A stretch of 64,000 nucleotides of DNA from Candidatus Latescibacterota bacterium (lineage in GTDB: Bacteria; Latescibacterota; UBA2968; GCA-2709665), in the NCBI GenBank assembly GCA_965203805.1, contig OZ241917.1, positions 1,472,001-1,536,000 on the forward strand. The letters are read 5' to 3'. Numbering within the stretch: position 1 is the stretch's first letter; the number at the start of each line of letters is the position of its first letter. The position numbers were made by a program, and so were the translations under genes. Under the pieces are notes generated by a model that worked only from the letters and a program-made list of their open reading frames with translations, was not told the DNA's origin and searched no databases. This document shows, in pieces, positions 60,288-64,000 of this stretch.

Positions 60288-61270
60288 TGCAAAACGAAAT
60301 TTCCATCTCTTTCAAGGACTGGCTTCAGGTCATTAACGAAGAGTACCTTTCGTCGTTTGTCCGCGGTGGCGGCGCGTCGATCAAGTTTGCGGTTCCATCA
60401 GACGAGGGTTCAAAGGCTGGTATGTACGCAGAAATGGAGGCCAGTTGCCACGAGTCGGACTATCTTTTCATTAAGCTGAACGCAGAGACGATGCGGGCGC
60501 ACATGCCGCAGGACTTCTTCTTCAGGATCGCCAGCCAGGTCGATTGGCGGCGGCTGGCTCGTCGTATGATCCTGAAGCTGGCCGTGGAGCAGGGCTACCG
60601 GATTGACAGTATACGTCCCGGCGAGGACGGCAACGTCTTCGACGCCATCGCGACGGTCAATGGTCTCGAATCGGAGTTCGTTCTCGGAAACCTGAGGTTG
60701 ATGATACAGAACAGTGTCTACAAGAACACGAGGATGGCGAGAGATTTCCGGGTGTGCATGAGCCATCTTTGCATGGAAGAGAACAACCGCGGCGGGTACA
60801 CCGGCGAGGCGCTATTGGATTGGCTGACCGGCGAAAACACGCGAATCAGCGGCGTCCGTCCCTTTTCCATCTACACCAGCATAAATCGCAACACGGCCAG
60901 ATACTTCATCGAATCGGCCTTCTACTGGATTCATTACGTGGGGCACTCCGGAACGCTCGTGTTGTTTGACAACGCCCGCGTCACGGTGGCGAGAAACCCG
61001 AAGGACGGACTGCGCTACTACACCAGAGCCATGGCGATGGAACACTACGAGTTACTACGTGAATTTATCGACGGCGCTGACCGTTTGACGAGCACGATGC
61101 TGGTCGTCGTCACCAACAGCGATTTCCTCGACGACAGTGGCGATCGCGGGTCCAGAGGCTACGGGATATACGAGGCCCTGCGCACGCGGGTGATGGACGA
61201 CGTTCGAGATAGGAACCGGGTAAATCCGGTCGCATCCCTGGTGCGGCTGACATCGGAAGGTGGCAGGTAG
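60287..61270 (+). CDS. BrxD/DUF2791-like P-loop protein with degenerate Walker A
   Basis: EYL..FV..GG..IKF, WLTG, G.LVLFD, YELLREFID, YEALRTR; no GxxxxGK[ST]. Confidence 0.65.
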   Translation: MQNEISISFKDWLQVINEEYLSSFVRGGGASIKFAVPSDEGSKAGMYAEMEASCHESDYLFIKLNAETMRAHMPQDFFFRIASQVDWRRLARRMILKLAVEQGYRIDSIRPGEDGNVFDAIATVNGLESEFVLGNLRLMIQNSVYKNTRMARDFRVCMSHLCMEENNRGGYTGEALLDWLTGENTRISGVRPFSIYTSINRNTARYFIESAFYWIHYVGHSGTLVLFDNARVTVARNPKDGLRYYTRAMAMEHYELLREFIDGADRLTSTMLVVVTNSDFLDDSGDRGSRGYGIYEALRTRVMDDVRDRNRVNPVASLVRLTSEGGR

Positions 61271-62538
61271 TGGCAGTTTGCGCCGATAAACACAAATTCG
61301 CCTCCAGGCGGGCCCTGGAGGCTCTCCGAAACGGCGTGCCTAACAGGGACGCCGTGAAGCTATTGGGCTGCAACCAGCCGGAAGCCGAAGGACAATTCGA
61401 AGGTATGTTGACCGGAGCTGCGGAAGGCGGCGACCACTCGTCCGGCACTTTGGGAATGCTGGTCTCGGGCGATTTCGGCGCCGGCAAGTCTCACCTGCTT
61501 ACTCACCTGGAAGATCGCGCACTTTCGCAGGGTTTCGTCTGCAGCAAGGTAGCCATAAGCAAAGAGACGCCGCTATACGACCTGGGCAAGGTATTTAAGT
61601 CGGCCGTGGATAGCGCCCAGATGCCCGATCGCACCGGCCGGTTGATGGAGGAACTGGGCCAGGCGCTGAAGCCCGACTCACAAGAATACGCCGACTTCTT
61701 CAAGTGGGCAAACGACACCGGCAACAATGGGCTGAGCCAGATGTTTCCGGCCAGCCTGCTGGTTCACGAACGATCGCGTGATCTCGAGTTGAACAGCGAA
61801 ATCGAGAATTTCTGGGCGGGCGACAGAATCTACATCTCCCGCGTCAAGAATGGCCTCAGACAGATAGGGCAGAAGCAGAGTTACTCCTTCCGAGCGCCCA
61901 AAGCCGCCGAACTGCCGCCCCAGCGTCTCCGTTTCGCCGTCCAGCTGATCAGGGCGGCAGGTTACAGGGGCTGGGTGGTGCTGCTGGACGAGATCGAACT
62001 CATCGGTTCGTACTCACTCCTGCAGCGTGGAAGGTCTTACGCCGAGCTGGCTCGCTGGCTGGGACAGGCTGCATTCGGGTCGTACCCCGGGCTGAGAACC
62101 GTGGGTTCCGTCACTGGCGACTTTGCTTCCGCGATCATCATGGACGGAAAAAAAGACCGGGACTACGTAGTGCCAAAATTGGAAAGTAAGGATCGTTACG
62201 AAAGTTTGAAGGCAGACGCCGATACCGGCATGAGATTGCTCGTGCGGGGATGTTCGCCATTGAATGACCCAACGGACGATGACGTTCAGCTGACAATGGA
62301 GAATCTACGGAGACTCTACGCCGACGCCTACGGCTGGGATGCTCCGCAGGTGCCAATGAGGGCCGGCGGCGCCGGGTATCAGAACCGGATGCGCTACAAA
62401 GTCCGTGCCGCCATCAATGAATGGGATCTGATGCGGCGCTATCCTGACTACCAACCCAACACCGAGGGCGAGGAGTTCCGACACTTCTATGCAGAGAACG
62501 CCGACCTCGAACGAGAGTCCCGGGACGACACTGATTAG
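61270..62538 (+). CDS. BrxD/DUF2791-like ATP-binding protein
   Basis: RRALEALRNGVP, Walker A GDFGAGKSH, SKETP, Walker B VVLLDEIE. Confidence 0.8.
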   Translation: MAVCADKHKFASRRALEALRNGVPNRDAVKLLGCNQPEAEGQFEGMLTGAAEGGDHSSGTLGMLVSGDFGAGKSHLLTHLEDRALSQGFVCSKVAISKETPLYDLGKVFKSAVDSAQMPDRTGRLMEELGQALKPDSQEYADFFKWANDTGNNGLSQMFPASLLVHERSRDLELNSEIENFWAGDRIYISRVKNGLRQIGQKQSYSFRAPKAAELPPQRLRFAVQLIRAAGYRGWVVLLDEIELIGSYSLLQRGRSYAELARWLGQAAFGSYPGLRTVGSVTGDFASAIIMDGKKDRDYVVPKLESKDRYESLKADADTGMRLLVRGCSPLNDPTDDDVQLTMENLRRLYADAYGWDAPQVPMRAGGAGYQNRMRYKVRAAINEWDLMRRYPDYQPNTEGEEFRHFYAENADLERESRDDTD

Positions 62539-62555
62539 AAGGCGACCATCCCTCC

Positions 62556-64000
62556 TTGCCGGGGTATACCGAATTGCGGGAACTTTTCGATGAAATAAAA
62601 CCGGTGAATGCGTGTCCCGGCACGGTGGCATGGCTGCGGTTCATCGAAGAAAAGGGCGGCAAGAGCATACGTGCGGCGCTATTCCAAACGAACGCACAGG
62701 GTGAACCTCTGGACTTCTGCTTCACCCGAAGGGTTTGGTCGGATTCTGACGGACAACCCGCGATCGATAAGCCGCAATTCTTGCAATCGCTGGCAAAATC
62801 ACTACTCAAAGCTGTCACCCATGTGCCAACGCTGATTCTCGCTCGGGCTGATGAACTACCTCATGGAGCTATCAACGAAGAATTAAAGGTACAGGGACCC
62901 TTTTGCCGTATAGCAACATCAGGTGTTCCGTCCAATGGCAAATCGGACGACCAGCATATTAAAGGCTTAGAATTGCTTTGGGTCGCGGAAAAGCCCAATC
63001 CGGATACGGAAGCGGGCCAACTTCTCCTGGAGATACTGGACCGCGACAATCCCGCTGAACCTTTCGAACGGGCGACTGCAGGACTGGACGTGGCCTTCCG
63101 CGACGACCGAGTTCATGCTGTCACCGACATTCCTGGTTTGGCCTTTGTAGTCAGCTTGTCTTCATTGCCCGAACGTCCCGAGTATCCCACCCGCGATTCC
63201 CCCCCAATTCGTGGGAACGTCCATAAGGCAAATTCAGGCCCGAAATCCGACGTAACTCTGGCCGAACGCCTGTGGGCCGTTCTTGCCAAACCGCCGGAAC
63301 CCTTACGGACGATCCCGCTGCATTGGGCAGGTGACTTGATGCCCTTTCAGCGGCAGGGCGTTGGTGCATTGTTGAAGAACCGCCGGCTGCTGCTGGCTGA
63401 CGATATGGGTCTGGGCAAAACCGTACAAGCGCTCACAGCCTTACGGATTCTCCGGGCGCGGCGCGAAATCAAATCTTGCTTGATCGCGGCGCCTGCAAGC
63501 GTGCTGAACCAGTGGCGGCGAGAAATCGAAAAGTGGGCGCCTGAGCTTTCCGCCATCATCATCCGGGGTTCGGCATCGGACCGCCGCTGGCAGTGGAATG
63601 CCGAGAAAGAAATATCGCTTGTCAGTTATGATACCCTGAGGTCTGACTTCAGCACCCAATCTCTGTTGGGTCTCAAAAACTGGGACGTGGTCGTAGCAGA
63701 CGAGGCTCAGAGGATCAAGAACCGCAACGATACGAGCGAAGCCCTGAAGGGGTTGAAAAGAAATCGCTCCTGGGCTCTGACCGGCACACCTTTGGAGAAT
63801 CGCGAAGAGGAGTTGGCCTCGATACTGGAGTTCGTTGACTATGACCTCACCGGAGTGGCCAGGCGTTACCGCCCAGGGGCGGAATTGCGGAGGCGACACC
63901 GCGAGTTGCAGGTTCGACGGAAAAAAGCGGAGGTCTTGAAGGACCTTCCAGCCAAGCAGGTCAAGAAGGTCGATATCGAATTGGGACCCCGCCAACGCGA
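62556..64000 (+). CDS. SNF2-family helicase with a ~250-aa unrecognised N-terminal extension; 3' end beyond window; missing from the ORF track
   Basis: Manual translation is open from TTG 62556: LMPFQRQGV, LLADDMGLGKTVQA, PASVLNQW..E, VADEAQRIKN, ALTGTPLEN. Confidence 0.9.
   Translation, partial: MPGYTELRELFDEIKPVNACPGTVAWLRFIEEKGGKSIRAALFQTNAQGEPLDFCFTRRVWSDSDGQPAIDKPQFLQSLAKSLLKAVTHVPTLILARADELPHGAINEELKVQGPFCRIATSGVPSNGKSDDQHIKGLELLWVAEKPNPDTEAGQLLLEILDRDNPAEPFERATAGLDVAFRDDRVHAVTDIPGLAFVVSLSSLPERPEYPTRDSPPIRGNVHKANSGPKSDVTLAERLWAVLAKPPEPLRTIPLHWAGDLMPFQRQGVGALLKNRRLLLADDMGLGKTVQALTALRILRARREIKSCLIAAPASVLNQWRREIEKWAPELSAIIIRGSASDRRWQWNAEKEISLVSYDTLRSDFSTQSLLGLKNWDVVVADEAQRIKNRNDTSEALKGLKRNRSWALTGTPLENREEELASILEFVDYDLTGVARRYRPGAELRRRHRELQVRRKKAEVLKDLPAKQVKKVDIELGPRQR

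Noticed and set aside
59487-64000. calling this operon BREX
   Set aside because: No PglZ, PglX or BrxC in the window; BrxD-like similarity alone is insufficient.

Overview
GC-rich bacterial accessory region; the TolC, TonB-receptor and lipoprotein genes point to a diderm host, but taxonomy cannot be fixed from the sequence alone. Almost all genes from 0.6 to 57.3 kb lie on the minus strand. The window holds a MacB/TolC export locus with three tandem periplasmic adaptors and two paralogous large ABC permeases, with three matching sigma54-like promoter/enhancer modules nearby. It also holds many small enzymes (GNAT, NUDIX, HAD, histidine phosphatase, VOC, cupin, nitrilase, MBL, ANT(6)-like), toxin-antitoxin pieces, a decaying metal-uptake locus, a ~1.1 kb diverged duplication, two IS elements with intact TIRs and TSDs, and many pseudogenes. 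Two signals stand out. (1) A family of 19-36 nt hairpin elements, CCTGCCTG-stem-loop-stem'-CG-CAG(G/A)CAGG, is inserted without target duplication four times into conserved motifs of the two transposases (two next to catalytic DDE residues). It also nests inside itself in intergenic DNA and was not seen in any other CDS. (2) At the right end is a coupled plus-strand operon: unknown protein, degenerate BrxD/DUF2791-like ATPase, intact BrxD-like ATPase, and an SNF2 helicase that runs off the window. It looks like an uncharacterised defence-type system. All family calls come from motif recognition by eye; no database search was run.
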